A stretch of DNA of 64,000 nt, taken from contig CP075495.1 of NCBI GenBank assembly GCA_021613535.1, positions 8,494,001 through 8,558,000 on the forward strand. Reading direction: 5' to 3'. The DNA comes from Adineta vaga. Taxonomy: Eukaryota; Animalia; Rotifera. Below the pieces are notes generated by a model. It worked only from the letters and a program-made list of their open reading frames with translations. It made no database searches and was not told the DNA's origin. How positions within the stretch are numbered: position 1 is the stretch's first letter; each line of letters begins with the position of its first letter. Shown here piece after piece: positions 11,566 to 25,631 of the stretch. The translations under genes were made by a program, and so were the position numbers.

Positions 11566-14327
11566 ATGTCGTCACGTCGAACATCAATGGATACATCATC
11601 AGTAGGAGTAACGAATCTGAATGAAAATTCGACTTACACAGATTCATTCATTGTTCATGATGATAAAAAGTTAAGTGAACAAGAACGAGCACGTATAAAA
11701 GAATTCGGTCAATTATTTAATCGACATAGTTCAATCAATCGTGAATTACTCGAAGAACTTTTTCGTAAAGAACCATCGGAATATACTCAAACAGTTTATC
11801 GTTATGCAAGTCGAATATATCATTGTTTAAGAGAAGAACAAATAAATCCTGTTTTAAAAGCATTATCAAATACAAAAGAAGAGCAAACACAAGCTAAAAA
11901 GGCTACACTTGATGTACCGAAAATTGATTACGCAAGTGATAAACAGAAACGCCGAACACTTAAATTGGCTTTTTCAGTTTTAAGATGTAAGTAGATGCAC
12001 TTTCATATTGGAAATTGATATGAAATTTTTTTCTTCTCTTTAGATCAAAAGGTGATTGAAGAACTTTTGGACGAAACTCAATTCTTCTCGAATTTTCCTG
12101 ACGTAAAAAATTTTCTAATCTTCTTTTCTAATTTCCTAATCAAATTTGTGCATCAATATTTAGTTAAAAGATGAAACAAGTCTTGTTTCTACTATTCTCT
12201 ACGATTATTTAAGTCGTAAATTTCAACCACGTGATGTTCCAGTCGATGTAGATGATAAGGAAGATTTATCAAATAATGATCAATTAGTAACAACAATCGA
12301 ATATGCTATTCTACAAGAACGAACTCATCTTGCTGCTGCATTAGCTCGAAATAGGTATGTTTTAATAGAAACTCGAAATTGATTTTCAAGTAAAAAATAT
12401 CTTTCAGAATCAAATCTCAAGCTTTATCATTGGAAGATCTATTACCAGAAAATGTTCGTGAAGTTCAACAACATTCAGCTGAATTACCCGTTTATGCTTG
12501 GGTAAATTTAATCAAAACTGAGTATGTTAAAAAAGATAATTCATTTTGTTTGCAACTCAATTTTTCCGTTTTGTTTCTTCCAAGTATGGAAACCGTAATA
12601 GAAACTTTCGAAAATGATGAAAATATGAAACGTGTTAAATCTATTCATGATGTGGATAAAAGAGCTTTTTGTACCGATTATCATTGTTCAAATTTATTGA
12701 TATTTCATTACTCACAAAAACACCGTTTTGCTAATCATCGTCTAGTTCGAGATCATCATTTATATTTACAAGATAAATCAAGTTGTATTGCTGCTCATAC
12801 TGTCAGAAAATTAATTACAAGAAAAGATAACATTTGTTTAGCATATGTTAGTGGAGGTATGAAATTTGTGTTGAAAACGTTTTTCAGATACAAATGATCG
12901 GTGATTGTTTAGGTTTACTCCTACAATTACTATTAGTACTTACGGAAGAACTTGAATCGAAAATTTATGCATTTGGTAGTCGTACAGATGAAAATGTTCG
13001 AGAAATTCTGGCGAAAATTAAAACTTTGGGAGTATCAGAAAAACGTAAGTTTCTTTGTAGAGAAATTACATATTGACAATGTTAAGTTCATCAAAGAATC
13101 AAAATATCCTTCGATGAATATTGTTTATAGGTGTGAAGTTATTCAAGGAACGTTTTAGTGATGTAAATTTTGATGAAATTAATATGGAAAATTGTAAAGT
13201 TATTCTATGTAACCCACCGGATACTCGTTCTGCTCTTATACAACCACTTGAATTTCTTTATAACGAAGGCGAAGGTATGTTATTTCTTTTTCTATTGAAG
13301 AGTTCTATTCAAAAAATTATCTGAAATTTTATAGATGTAACGTTATTGAAACATTTCTCTCAACCAACAGAAAATAAAGGTTTTATCCGAGAATGTATTC
13401 AACGTGAAGCAGCATATATGCGACAAGCACTTCGTTGTAAGACTTGGAGAAGATAAATGATTGAAATGTAAAGTTTTCATGTCATATTTAGATACATTGG
13501 CGAAAGCAATTGTTTATGTAACATTTTCAAAGAATAGATCTGAAAATGATGATATTGTTCATTCGACAATCAACGAACAAAATGAACAACGTACACAGCA
13601 GAAAAAAGAGAATGGTGTTTACAAGTAAGAATACCGTTCATACATAATTGAATGATTAGCTACAGACGAACAATTGCAAGACGAATACAGAGATTCAGAA
13701 TCGAATGAATTCTATTTTTAGAATATCACCACCAGTACTTCCAATTCAATTTGGTTTTCGAAATGAACATATGTCTATTCTTCGTCATGGAACTTTCATT
13801 CAATTTGAATCATCACAAAAAATGAATGGTGTTTTTGTTGCTGTTCTATTACGTGAAGTAAAATTTCTTCTAGTAAATAAATCATCTTCATTCATGTGAA
13901 TTTTTCTCTCTAGCGTGAACGACGTCGTTCAGTTATATCAAAAAAGAAAGTTGATGATCGTGATTCTGATGTTGAAAATGAACATAAACCAAAAAAAGAA
14001 TCATCACAAGGTTTTCAATTTGAAACCGAAGTTCGTGCTGCACAACGTCGACAACAACAGCCAAGTAAAACGCAACGTAAAAGTATAGGCACAATATCAT
14101 CAAATCGACGATCAAAATCAAGTGCTAACCTGTCGCGTGATTTAGCTAATTCATCCTTGATACATGCTGAAACAAAACCTGCTCAACAAACTCAACCAGT
14201 TAAAACTGAACCGAAACAATTAACATTATCCGAACGTTTAGCATCGATTGGACGTATTACAAGTACATTAGATACAACTCAAGATGAACCAAATATGGAT
14301 AACGAGTCTGTACAAACAAGAAAATAA
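11566..14327 (+). CDS. NSUN7: NSUN7-like RsmB/NOL1/NOP2/Sun family protein, multi-exon
   Basis: RTHLAAALARNRIK, LPVYAWVNLIK, LYLQDKSSCIAA, KVILCNPPDTRSALIQPLEFLYNEG and AIVYVTFSKNRSENDDIV; the N-terminal domain and the P.EF..NE segment are NSUN7-like. Confidence 0.75.
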
Positions 14328-14547
14328 ACATTTGATTTGATTTGATTTTTCTTCTCTTTGCGTTTTGTGATCTCATTAAAGCTATTTGTATAGTCGAGCT
14401 TTGCACGATAATTTTTCCTTCCTTTTTCTTTTGTGAATTTTCTATTCCTGCTTTTTGTGAATGACGTAGAGCTTGATAAAAATTTTCATTTTTGATATAC
14501 TATATTATAAAAACATTCAAAAGAGAATGATTATTTCAGTTCAAAAA

Positions 14548-15063
14548 TGATGAAACATCTTGTCTTGTAGTTTAAACAATTGTTTATATCAACGAAATAT
14601 TCTTTTCCATCAAATATTGTTAATTATTAGGTTAACTGAAGCACGATTCCAAACAAAAATAAATCATGCTGATTATTTCAATGGTACAAAATATCACAAT
14701 AAGAAATCGCTATCAGCACCATTAGACGATATGTCGATTTTGAAATTGATACCCACATTTTCTACAAATGAAAAATATCAAGAAATCATCTATCGATATT
14801 TCTCTGCTATTAGACAATGCAAGTTCGTAGATGATAATGATTGATTTAGTATTTTATTGGGTTAATTCATTTTCTTTTTATATTCGTATAGAGTTACTTT
14901 AGAAAATTCGGAAGAAGTTGTTCAACGTTGTCAAACTTGTAAACTTAGTTATCGATCTCGATGTGTACACTATCAAGACAAAGATGACATCAACTGTTTT
15001 CTTCGTCAGATTATGTTGAAATTAAGAAAATTACAGAAAAGATCGCTTCGAGCTAATATATAA
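14548..15063 (+). CDS. Small hypothetical protein; start uncertain
   Basis: Exon at about 14631-14822 joins in frame through a GTTCGT..TAG intron to a last exon VTLENSEEVVQRCQTCKLSYRSRCVHY...RANI*. No family recognised. Confidence 0.35.
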
Positions 15064-15755
15064 CTCATGACTGTACGAAAAAAAAATAGAATGTTTCTTT
15101 ACTATTCAGTTTTAATCAATCTATTATTTCGTATGCATTGATTCGTTTCCTTTTTGTCTATCATTCGAAAACAGCCAATAGTAGACATTTGATCATTTTA
15201 TTCATCTAACTGATGTATCGAAATGATTTCTTACTTGAAAACGGATGTGTTTTATTTTCTTCGTTTTCTACACAAAAGAATTTCATTTTTAATGAGTTAA
15301 TTTAAAACGTGACACATTCTGTTGTCGGTCGATTTTATTTCATAACCAAACAAATTTCTCTTCTAGCACGTATACTAATTATCAAAAGAAAGAGTGAAAC
15401 AACACACCTGCTTGCTCGCTTGCTTTTTTTTTGTCAATGATCCTAATTGACACATCATGTGCCTTAAGCCAACAATCATTAGTACACATATATTCTTCAT
15501 TGAACAGCCCCACCCACACCTGTATGTATATAAATAAAATTGTTTGTTTGATGCCACGGCATTAAAAAAAGACAAATGCGGATATCATTTAGTTTATTCT
15601 CACACCTACATGTTTCATTTTTTTCTGTAAAGAAGAAGAAACACACACACACACAAGAAAAACGAAAAACAAAATGGCTAGACGTTTACAAGTACAAATA
15701 AGCAAATAATTAAATTGTTTTATTCAGAGTTTTTCTTTATCTTTAAATTGTTTAT

Positions 15756-17941
15756 TTATTGTACAACACCAATGGCAGGAGTTGATTTGGGTGAGGATAA
15801 ATCATGTTGTTTAGTAGAATGTTCATGTGCTTTGAGTCGAAGTGTAGCAATACTACTTGATCGACGAGTTTCATCGAAATCAGCACGTTTAACAAAACTT
15901 GTAATTGAAGATGTTGGTTGATCAGAAGAAGTTTCATTTGAACTACTTATTGAACGTTTACGTTTTTTACTTGGCGATGATGTTGTGCTGCTATTGTTGC
16001 TGCTGCTGCTGTTGTTGTTGCTGTTATTATGACTACTGTTCCCATCATTATTTGAGAATTTTGTTTCATTTGATGATGATTTTTCACTTTCACAAGATGC
16101 TGTTGATACTAGTGAAGCAGCAGCCATTTGTGCTAATTGCTGGAGAATTGCTATATTTGGATATGGTGATCCTAATTGATTAGTTGATGGCCAAAATGGT
16201 GTTGTTGGTGGAAACATTGGTAAACATGCTGCAGTTGCACTGAGAAATGATGATGTCAACGATGAATAAGATGATAGAATTTCTGCTTGAGAAAATGAAC
16301 TCAGACGGTTCAAAAGACTTGCTGGTGGTGCAAATAATGGATGCGAATGAGTATTGGAAAGTAAAGGATGTGCTGTTGGTGTTGATGATGTATTTAAAAC
16401 ACATGCTGGATTCATTTTTTCACGTTTACGCCATTTAGCACGACGATTTTGAAACCATACTTGTACGCGTGCTTCAGTTAGATCAATTCTCATTGCTAAT
16501 TCTTCTCTAAAGAAACAAAAAAACATGATGAATTGTTGTCTAATTAATTGATGATAAGAAAAAGCTTAAAGCGAATACTTTGCATAATAAGCTTGATAAT
16601 CTGATGATTCAGTTCTCTTTTTCTTCTTCTTCTTCTTCTTTTTTTCAATCAATTCAAACGTGTGTAAATAAGTGTAGAAAACATCAACACCTGATTTATC
16701 CCTTTTTGTGTATTAATACGATGTGATGATTCTTTCGTTTCTTCTCTTTTCATTTTAATCTATTGTATTCATTTTATCGCAGAAGTATGTGAAAGAGTCT
16801 TTCTTTAAACAAATAAAACTCATCAAAACGATCAGAGGTGTCTAATCGAAGTTTATCACCAAAACAATCTCTCGCTTCTTCGTGCGATAAGTGTCTATAA
16901 CAACAATTTCCAACTGTGATACTATGAAATATATAAGTGTTGACATAGGTATTTAATAAATGATTGGTTGATGAGGAAGAAATAAATCGGTATAGACAAA
17001 CATCATTGCATGAAAATTTTCTATTGAGAAAAGGAGGTGCATGAAGCTCTCTTAACAATAAGTACCTCTACTTTTTTTTTCTTCGTTTTTTTTCTCTTAC
17101 TGTGCAGTTCATATAATTGTTAATCAAAGATAAGTGGCTAGAGAGAAGATTGTGTATACAAATCAGAAGTAGGACAGAGAAATTTTTTCAAAATTCTCAT
17201 AAGAGAACAAGCTGAGAGAAAGAGAGAGTGACTATTTCGATTTCGTTTAGTTTAAGTGATTGACGATTATTGAAGTAAACGGATGCCAAACAACTGCGCG
17301 AGTAACCAATTTTATGAAGAAAAAAAAAATTGATTTGCATCGATCGATGCGTTTCGTTGTTTCTTCTTTGAAAATGTTTACATTCATTTCTTCAAATATA
17401 TTATAATAATAAAAAAAACATTCCTAATGAGGTTTTCTTTTTTCTACCAATATGCAAACAAAAACGTTGTTTAATGATGTAATACTAGTTAAATGCTTCA
17501 AAATCAATCGAATTCAGGTTTTTATCTTACCTCATAAAAACATCAGGATAATGTGTACGTTGAAAAGCCTTTTCTAATTCTTCCAATTGTAATGATGTAA
17601 ATGTTGTTCTAAAATTGAAAAATGATGTTCTGAGATGTAGATATATAAGTAATAAAAAAAAAGTCATATTACCTATAACGTCGTTGTTTTCGTTTGTGAT
17701 TTTCATCATCACTATATCCACTTAAACTATCACTTTCTTCTTTTTCGAGATTTTCGGAACCCATAGGTGCAGTTGAAGAAATACCGACCATTTTTGTTAA
17801 TCGATCTCTAACTGGACTAGTCACTAGTTGTTGAGTGTAAAGATTGATCGAATGACGAGAATGTTGTGAATAAGCTTCATTTTTCCAGTTAATCTCGTGT
17901 CTTTCTTTATCTTGGCTATGTTTAATATCTGTCATCTTCAT
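15756..17941 (-). CDS. Arx: Paired-like (Q50) homeobox transcription factor, Aristaless/Arx type, with C-terminal OAR motif
   Basis: Homeodomain [64 protein letters not shown] spread over 3 exons; OAR motif [16 protein letters not shown]. Confidence 0.9.
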
Positions 17942-19906
17942 TGAACGATCAAACGAATGTGTATTTATGCTTCTATTTCTCTTTCTCTCTCTTCCTTCCG
18001 AGAATATGTTAGTTAATTTTTCTCGTGTCGAGACATATATGACAATCACTAGGTGCAAAATTGGCTTCGTGTCGATTGTATGACAATTGATTGGTAGAGA
18101 AGAAGAAGAGAAAAAAATAACAAACCAGAGAGAAAGAGAGAGAGAGAAGAGTTTTTTTCTTCTCCTCTTCAATTGCCGTCGTTCGTTTATGATTGGATGT
18201 ATTATATTAAAATCAGAGGTAAAAAGAAAAAGAAAAGAATTCTTCTAGATTGATTTGTTGTTTACATAGCTTAAGAAGAGAAGAAAGAGGAAACAAAACT
18301 TATTTTTTTTATTATTAGAGAAAAAGAAACAGAGAGAAAAGCTATTCTCTCGTCCAATTAAAACGTAGATTGATGGCTTTCGATTAATGTTATGTATACC
18401 TATCATCAGACATAAATAAATATACTAATCATTGAATTAATTAGGTATTAGACGTCTTTCCAATTAGTGAATATTAACTTTTAATTATATAAATATTTCG
18501 ATGTATATCATGATGTGAATACAAAATGTGATTTGATTTTTGTCAAACAATTGCGTCGTTATAATTCGGTTGTTTCTGGTCAACAATAACACCTAAGTAT
18601 CCCTCAAGCAATGCTCTATTTTCGAGCTCTTTTTTTTCCAATTATTCCCTATTAGTTGTTTTGTTGATCAAAGTTTTTCAATGTTGTTAATGTTTTCTTT
18701 TTTTTATCTCTGAGAAATTGTTTTTATATTCTAAGAAGTCTTGAAATAATTCAATCATTTCTTCTCATTTCCTATCGTCATCATTAACCTATGTTTTACT
18801 TGCTTGATGATGTTGTTTGTATAATTCAACGCCCGATGATCAAACGTTTCTGTGTATACGAGCGCGCACTTTTATAGTGTTATACTTCGTTCAACGAAAA
18901 GGAATTAGTATAATAGTGTAAACGGTTATGTATTTAAATACGATTCAATATTGTCTCGTCTCGTGTGTTTGTCTATGTGTTTGATCGTCATAATGAAGCA
19001 CTTACCGTGTGATTGACTTTTTTTTTTCTCTCTTTACTGAAATATCGTTGTAGACATATTCATGCAATTTCTATCTTAGAGTTGATTGTTATTCTTCTTT
19101 TTTTCTTATAAAAAAATCACGTTTATAAACATTATTTTGTAATCAAACATGTTTTGATCAATTTTATAAAATTATCTCGATGTTCAGAAAAAAAATAACA
19201 TAAATTCAATCGACTGTAGAAGTACTACGATAACATTTCATTACTTATGTTGAGATAGTCTTAATCTTTAATTGTCAAGAGTTTACGTCGAATCATTTAA
19301 ATTTATCGAATAAGGCTTCTTGATAAGGATTCTTATGTATCCTACAGATAACAAAATTCTCTCTTTCGATTTACTGTCTCAATAATCATTCTTATGGATC
19401 AGACGAAGCTTTTATGAGGACACTAATAAATAAACATAATCAATGTTCATTCAGATTATCAATAATAGTTCAATAGACAATGATTTGTATTAGTTAATTG
19501 ACTGAAAAGAAACAAATTTCATTTTTATTTTATACTCTTTTAAAGCTCATTTCGTAACTAGATGTTTTTACAAACATTTCAATGAATATTTAATGCAATT
19601 TACTGAACATATAATTATAAGCACATACATTACTATTTTATTACACCACTGTGTTATAGTGACATCTTTTTTATATGAACATTTTCATCATAGAAACAAA
19701 TAATAAAAGATATATCAAACCATATGATTTAATCGATTTCTAATATGGTTGTATTTTGAAAATTTATGAACTTGTACATGAATGTTTATTCATCTCTTTT
19801 CTGTTGGCATTTATATCAACTAATCATATAAGATTTTCTTATTTGATGTACTACTAGACTGTTAGTAGTAGAATTCGACTAGTTTGGTTTTTCGTATTGA
19901 TATCAT

Positions 19907-22900
19907 ATGGATAGTCCTTCGAAAAACCCAGCAACAGCATCATTATCAGCAGCAGCAGCAGGCTCAGATGATCGCTTTCTCGGTGAATCGATGCTGCGTC
20001 GAATCGCAAATTTTGGTCTTGAACGAAATGCAAATCAAAACAAACATTGGATGCCTGATAGTGCTGGTAAAAGATAATGTGATTATGTTTATTTTTCTTA
20101 TCGTTCATCTCTTCTAGGTAAAGAGTGTTATGATTGTCAAGAAAAATTTACACATTTTCGTCGACGACATCATTGTAAACTATTCATTTTTAGCTTTCTT
20201 TTCTTATTTACTTGAAAATCTTATATTTAGGTCGTATTTGTGGTCTTCTCTTCTGTAATCGATGTTGTTCATATGAAACTCAAGTAAAATTAGCTGGTTT
20301 TACTGAATCTAATGTTCGTTTGTGTGCATATTGTTCATCAGCCTTAGCCAAACTTCCAAAACTGCAACAATACCAACCACATCGTCTAATCAACCATATC
20401 AAGCATCGACATCTGTTGTCGATTCACCTCAACATCAACAACAACAATCTCAAGATATAAGTACTTCCGATAGTACATTTAATCCCGATCATTTTTCTCT
20501 ATCAAAAGCTTCGAATGATCATCTTTTTTCCCATGTTGATCATGAACATTCCACAAATCCAAAAGAACAAACGTTAACTGAGACAGAATCAGATTCAAAA
20601 CATTCACAACAACCATCACAACAACGAACAAATACAAATTTTAATTTAAAAACATTATTCAATGAAATCTTTCGTACATCGCAAGGTTTACAAATGCAAA
20701 AACAATGGATTCGTTTTCGAACAATTGAATGCGTCGCTGGAAAAGAGATTATCGATTGGTTAATGAAAAATCAACGTGCAGCTGTTGCATCCGAAGCGAA
20801 ATTATTATGTCAATGTTTTCTAAATGAACTATATTTAGAACCTGTTGTATTACCACAAACATCATTTATCGAGTTTAAAGGTGATCAAACATTGTATAAA
20901 CTAGGAAAAGTACAAACAAATTAAATTTGTATATTTTTAATTGATTGAATTTGATTTTTAGCACGGATTAGAACGTGATCCTCCTGTAGATACAAGTCCA
21001 TTTCGAAGTGGAAGTATAATATCAACAACTTCAAACGATTCAACAAATACTGGTAGATTTATTCAAATATTTCTACATTGTTCTTTTCCTAGTATAACTA
21101 TTTGAATGACTTTTTAGACACGTATCAACAAAAGATTGCCAGATCAACTGGTGTTCTAATTGGTACTGATCTTAATTGTGTGCAGTTTAATTCTCAAGTT
21201 GCAAATACAGTGCAAGATGATACAACATCTGTGAGTAGTAAAAAAGAAACCAGTGATTTCAATATGCCAATCGATGGAAATGAACAAGGTAATGATATGA
21301 CATTATTCTTCGATTTATGATATGTATGTTTGTTTTCTTTAGTTGAGGAAACTGATGGAAATTCAACAAATAAACAAACACTACCTGGTGATCTAATAGC
21401 AGCTTTATATAATGAATATGAAGAATTATTATTAAAACAAATTCTTATTCAATTTCATGTTGATCAAGAATGGTTTTCGATTATATTAAATATTTGTCGA
21501 ACATTAGCAAAACGTGTTCGTGTTTCATCTGTAACTAATGATTCAACACCGAATAATGACATAAGACGTAATGTTAAATTTAAAAAATTACCTGGTGGTT
21601 TAAAAACTGAAAGTCAAATTATTAACGGTTGTGTTTTTACTAAAAATGTTATTCATCGTAGTATGTCTTCAAAACTCGATGGACCACGTGTTCTATTACT
21701 TAAATCACAAATTGAATATCAACGTAGTGATGATCATCGTTTAACAACACTTGAACCTGTACTTAATCAAGAACAACATTATCTTTCTTCCTATGTTGAT
21801 AAAATCAATTTACATTATAAACCTGATATTCTTGTTGTAGAAAAAACTGTTAGCAGGTAAAATTCTTGAAAAATTGTCAAAGAAAACACTACAATTTGTT
21901 TTTACATATAGATTAGCACAAGATTTTATTATTGCTAATGGTCTTGTTTTAATCTATAATGTGAAAGAAAGTATTATGCAACGTTTAGCTAAATGTTTAT
22001 GTACAACAATATTGACATCAATTGATAGTCGTCTGCCATTGCATGTTCGACCGCCTTTAGGTCGTTGTGAATATTTTGAAATAAAAGAATTTGAATTAAA
22101 TAATAGTTATAAGAAACGTTTAATGTTTTTTGCTGGTTGTCCACCGGAATATGGTTGTACAGTATTAATACGTGGTGGAACATTACAACAATTAAAAGTT
22201 GTTAAATCTATCATGAGATTATTTTTATTAATTACATATAGTACACAATTAGAACAAGCATTTTTAAATGATTGTTATGCACAAATAATTAATAATCAAA
22301 CAGATTTATCTCTTATTAGACAATTTGATTTAGAACAATATATTGATTCAGTAGTTACAAATAAACAAGCAATTATTGATTTGATTTCCAATGGTCTTGT
22401 TTTATCTACATCACCATATGTTCGATATAATTCTCCACATATATTAACATGTACAAATCAACAATATTTACCAAATGAATTACTTTATCAAAATATTTAT
22501 AATACTAAATATCAACAACGAAAAGAAAATAGTGTTAGTTCAAATGATGATGATAATCATATCAAAGATGCAAATTCATACAGTTGGTTTTACAATTCAC
22601 CATATAATAATGAAATAATTCATGTTCAAGATAAACATCCATTTATTAAAGATAAAACACTTCTACCTGGAATTAATCAAGATACAAAAGTAAATTCTTT
22701 CGTTTTTTTTGTTGAATATATATCTATATCTCTATATATATTATTTATCTTTCATATTTTTAGGCTGTCTATGCTCATTATCGAGCATCAGGTGGTCGAT
22801 GTCATTTTCGTCGACGTCGTTGGTATGATTGGTTAACTCTCTATCAACAACAACAACCTCGTGATCAACCATTAGAAACAATATTTGCACCATATCTTGA

Positions 22901-25505
22901 TTTACGTCTTCATTTACATATAGCAATTCTTTATAGTGCACATTGTACAGTTCAAACTAAATTACTTACATGTCGTCAACCGGAAATTCTTGAAATGCCA
23001 GCTTATTCCATTCATGATACAACTTTAGGTTCATTTCTTGAACAACATTGTTTTTCAACAAATAATGCACCATGTAAAACTTGTCAACAACCATTACAAG
23101 ATCATGTTCGACAGTAAAGATTTTAGAGATATTTTGTTTTCTCCTACAATCATCTGGATGATTTTTATTTAGAATTGTTCATGGTGAAATGAAATTGGTT
23201 ATTCGAATAAAACATATCGATCGAACGACATCAAATTTACAAAAACTTTCCACATCAAATGGAATTTATATGTGGAGTTATTGTGAACATTGTCGTGAAG
23301 TAAAACAATAAATATCTTAAATATATATCTGTGGATTCTTTATTTTCTTTAGTCATCAGCAAAACGTTTAATGTCCGCTCGTACATGGTCATTATCATTT
23401 ACAAAATTTTTGGAATTATTATTTCATCTTGAATCTTTTTGTGTATCATCAACACGTTCCTGTCAACATCATCTTTTTCGTGATCATTATCATTATTTTC
23501 ATTCTCAACAATTTATTGCATCCTTTCGTTTATTTAAAATCAAATTGAAAGAATTTTTTCTACCAACACCAACAATGTCTTTAAAACCGTATGTACATGA
23601 ACGTGATTATTATATTGAATTAACTAAAACATTATCTGTCAATGGTTATAATATATTTTCTACCATTGTTGAACGATTAATTGAATTGAAAAATTTAACT
23701 TCCATGCCGGAATTTTTTATATCGAAAATTGATCAATATTTAGCACAAGAAAGATTAGAACAACAAACATTTCGAGCATTAATGGATGAAATTCAATTAA
23801 AAATGACAGCAGGAAGTAGCAAAGAACAAAAACGACAATTAGGTAAACGAATAGATCTTCATATTTTACATTCTTTTAAATTGATTGAATTCATTCAGAT
23901 GCTGATAGTTATGTCTGTATTGATGATCAAATTGTTGAAGCAAAAAAATTCATTACAAAAATTGTCCAAAATTGGAATACAACTCTTCTTGAATTAGAAC
24001 AATTTATAAAAAAATATGAAAAACAACAACGTGAAGCATCGAAAAAAGTTCCCATCAAATCAGTTTCATCCGGTGAACCGAATACTGAAATCGGTAGTTC
24101 TATGCAAAATGATTCGGAAATATCTACTATACTTGAAACAGCACCAACACCCCTTCTTCCTCCAACAACTTCGATTGATATCGATGAAACGAATCTTGAA
24201 ACAGGTCCTAAATCAATACTAACTACTGATGAGGAAACTTCTCGACGTAGTGGTGTATTGAAATTCTTTTCAACATTTCTACCAACATCAGATAATGATT
24301 CTCTTCAATTAAAATCTCCATTTAGTGAAGATGAACATTTACAATTATCTGGAAAATATGTTGTGAATCATCGAGAATTAAGTTCAATCATAGCACATGC
24401 TTTATCAATGTCAGAATATGAACAACGTTTAAATGAAGAATTTGCTTTAACAAATAATATAAATCAAGAACAAAATATCGAAATAAAACAATCCGATGAC
24501 AGTAGTACTACTACTACTACTACTACTACTAACAATAATTCCATTGATGATCATCAACATATTGAATTACATTTTCATGATTCAACAACAAAATTTACTG
24601 TGAAAATATTCTATGCAGCAAAATTTCATGTTCTTCGTCAAATTATTTCTTCAACTCTTGATCAAACAGCTTATATACGTTCGTTATCACGTTGTAAAAA
24701 ATGGCAACCACGTGGTGGAAAATCAAAATCAGAATTTTGGCAAACATTCGACGATTGTTTTGTTTTAAAAGATCTGAATCAAAAAGAATCCGATTCATTT
24801 TCAACATTTGCACCATCTTATATTGATTATATATCAAATTCATTGAAATATCATCGTCCAACAACATTAACAAAAATCTTCGGTGTTTATCATATACAAT
24901 ATCGTCATAATGGTACAGGTGAAAATTTCAAACGTGATATATTAGTTTTAGAAAATCTATTAAATCATCCAAATATTTCTATTCCACCTGTGATTTATGA
25001 TTTGAAAGGTTCGATGAGAAATCGTTTAGCTACAGTTGATGAAGGACAAACAAATGCCGTTTTATTAGATGAAAATTTTCTAACACAAACACAAGAAAAT
25101 CCATTCTATGTACGTTTACATACAAAATGGACATTAATGAAAGCATTATATTCTGATACACAATTTCTTGCTAAACATGGAATTGTTGATTATTCTCTTC
25201 TAGTATCATGTTATAATGATGAACAACAATCATTAGTTTATGTTGGTATTATTGATTATATTCGAACATATACATGGGATAAGAAAATGGAAACAATTTT
25301 AAAATCCATGAGTGGACAAGGACAATCACCAACGGTCATATCACCTGACCATTATCGAACACGATTCTTACGTCGTATGGATCAATATTTTCCCGTTGTA
25401 CCTGATGAATGGCATGCATATGAAAAGAAAGTTTTAGATTTATCTGTATTTCAAACGGAAACAATGTCAACTAATGTGACAACTAATGAATTACCTCCTC
25501 AATAA
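19907..25505 (+). CDS. PIKFYVE: 1-phosphatidylinositol 3-phosphate 5-kinase (PIKfyve/Fab1), multi-exon
   Basis: FYVE domain (WMPD..[30 protein letters not shown]); DEP domain (GKEIIDWL); CCT-like domain (FKKLPGG, PDILVVEKTVSR, GCTVLIRG); CCR region (SFTKFLEL); PIPK domain (GGKSKS, YDLKGS, VDYSLLV, GIIDYIRTYTWDKK). Confidence 0.95.
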
Positions 25506-25631
25506 TTGAGATTTATTTTTAATATTTTTTCATCTATTTTATTCCTTATTTATTGTACAAAACAACAAAAAAAAAACAGAACCGTGATTGTTATATATAT
25601 ATACATGAATTTCTAACAAAGTCTTTTTTAG

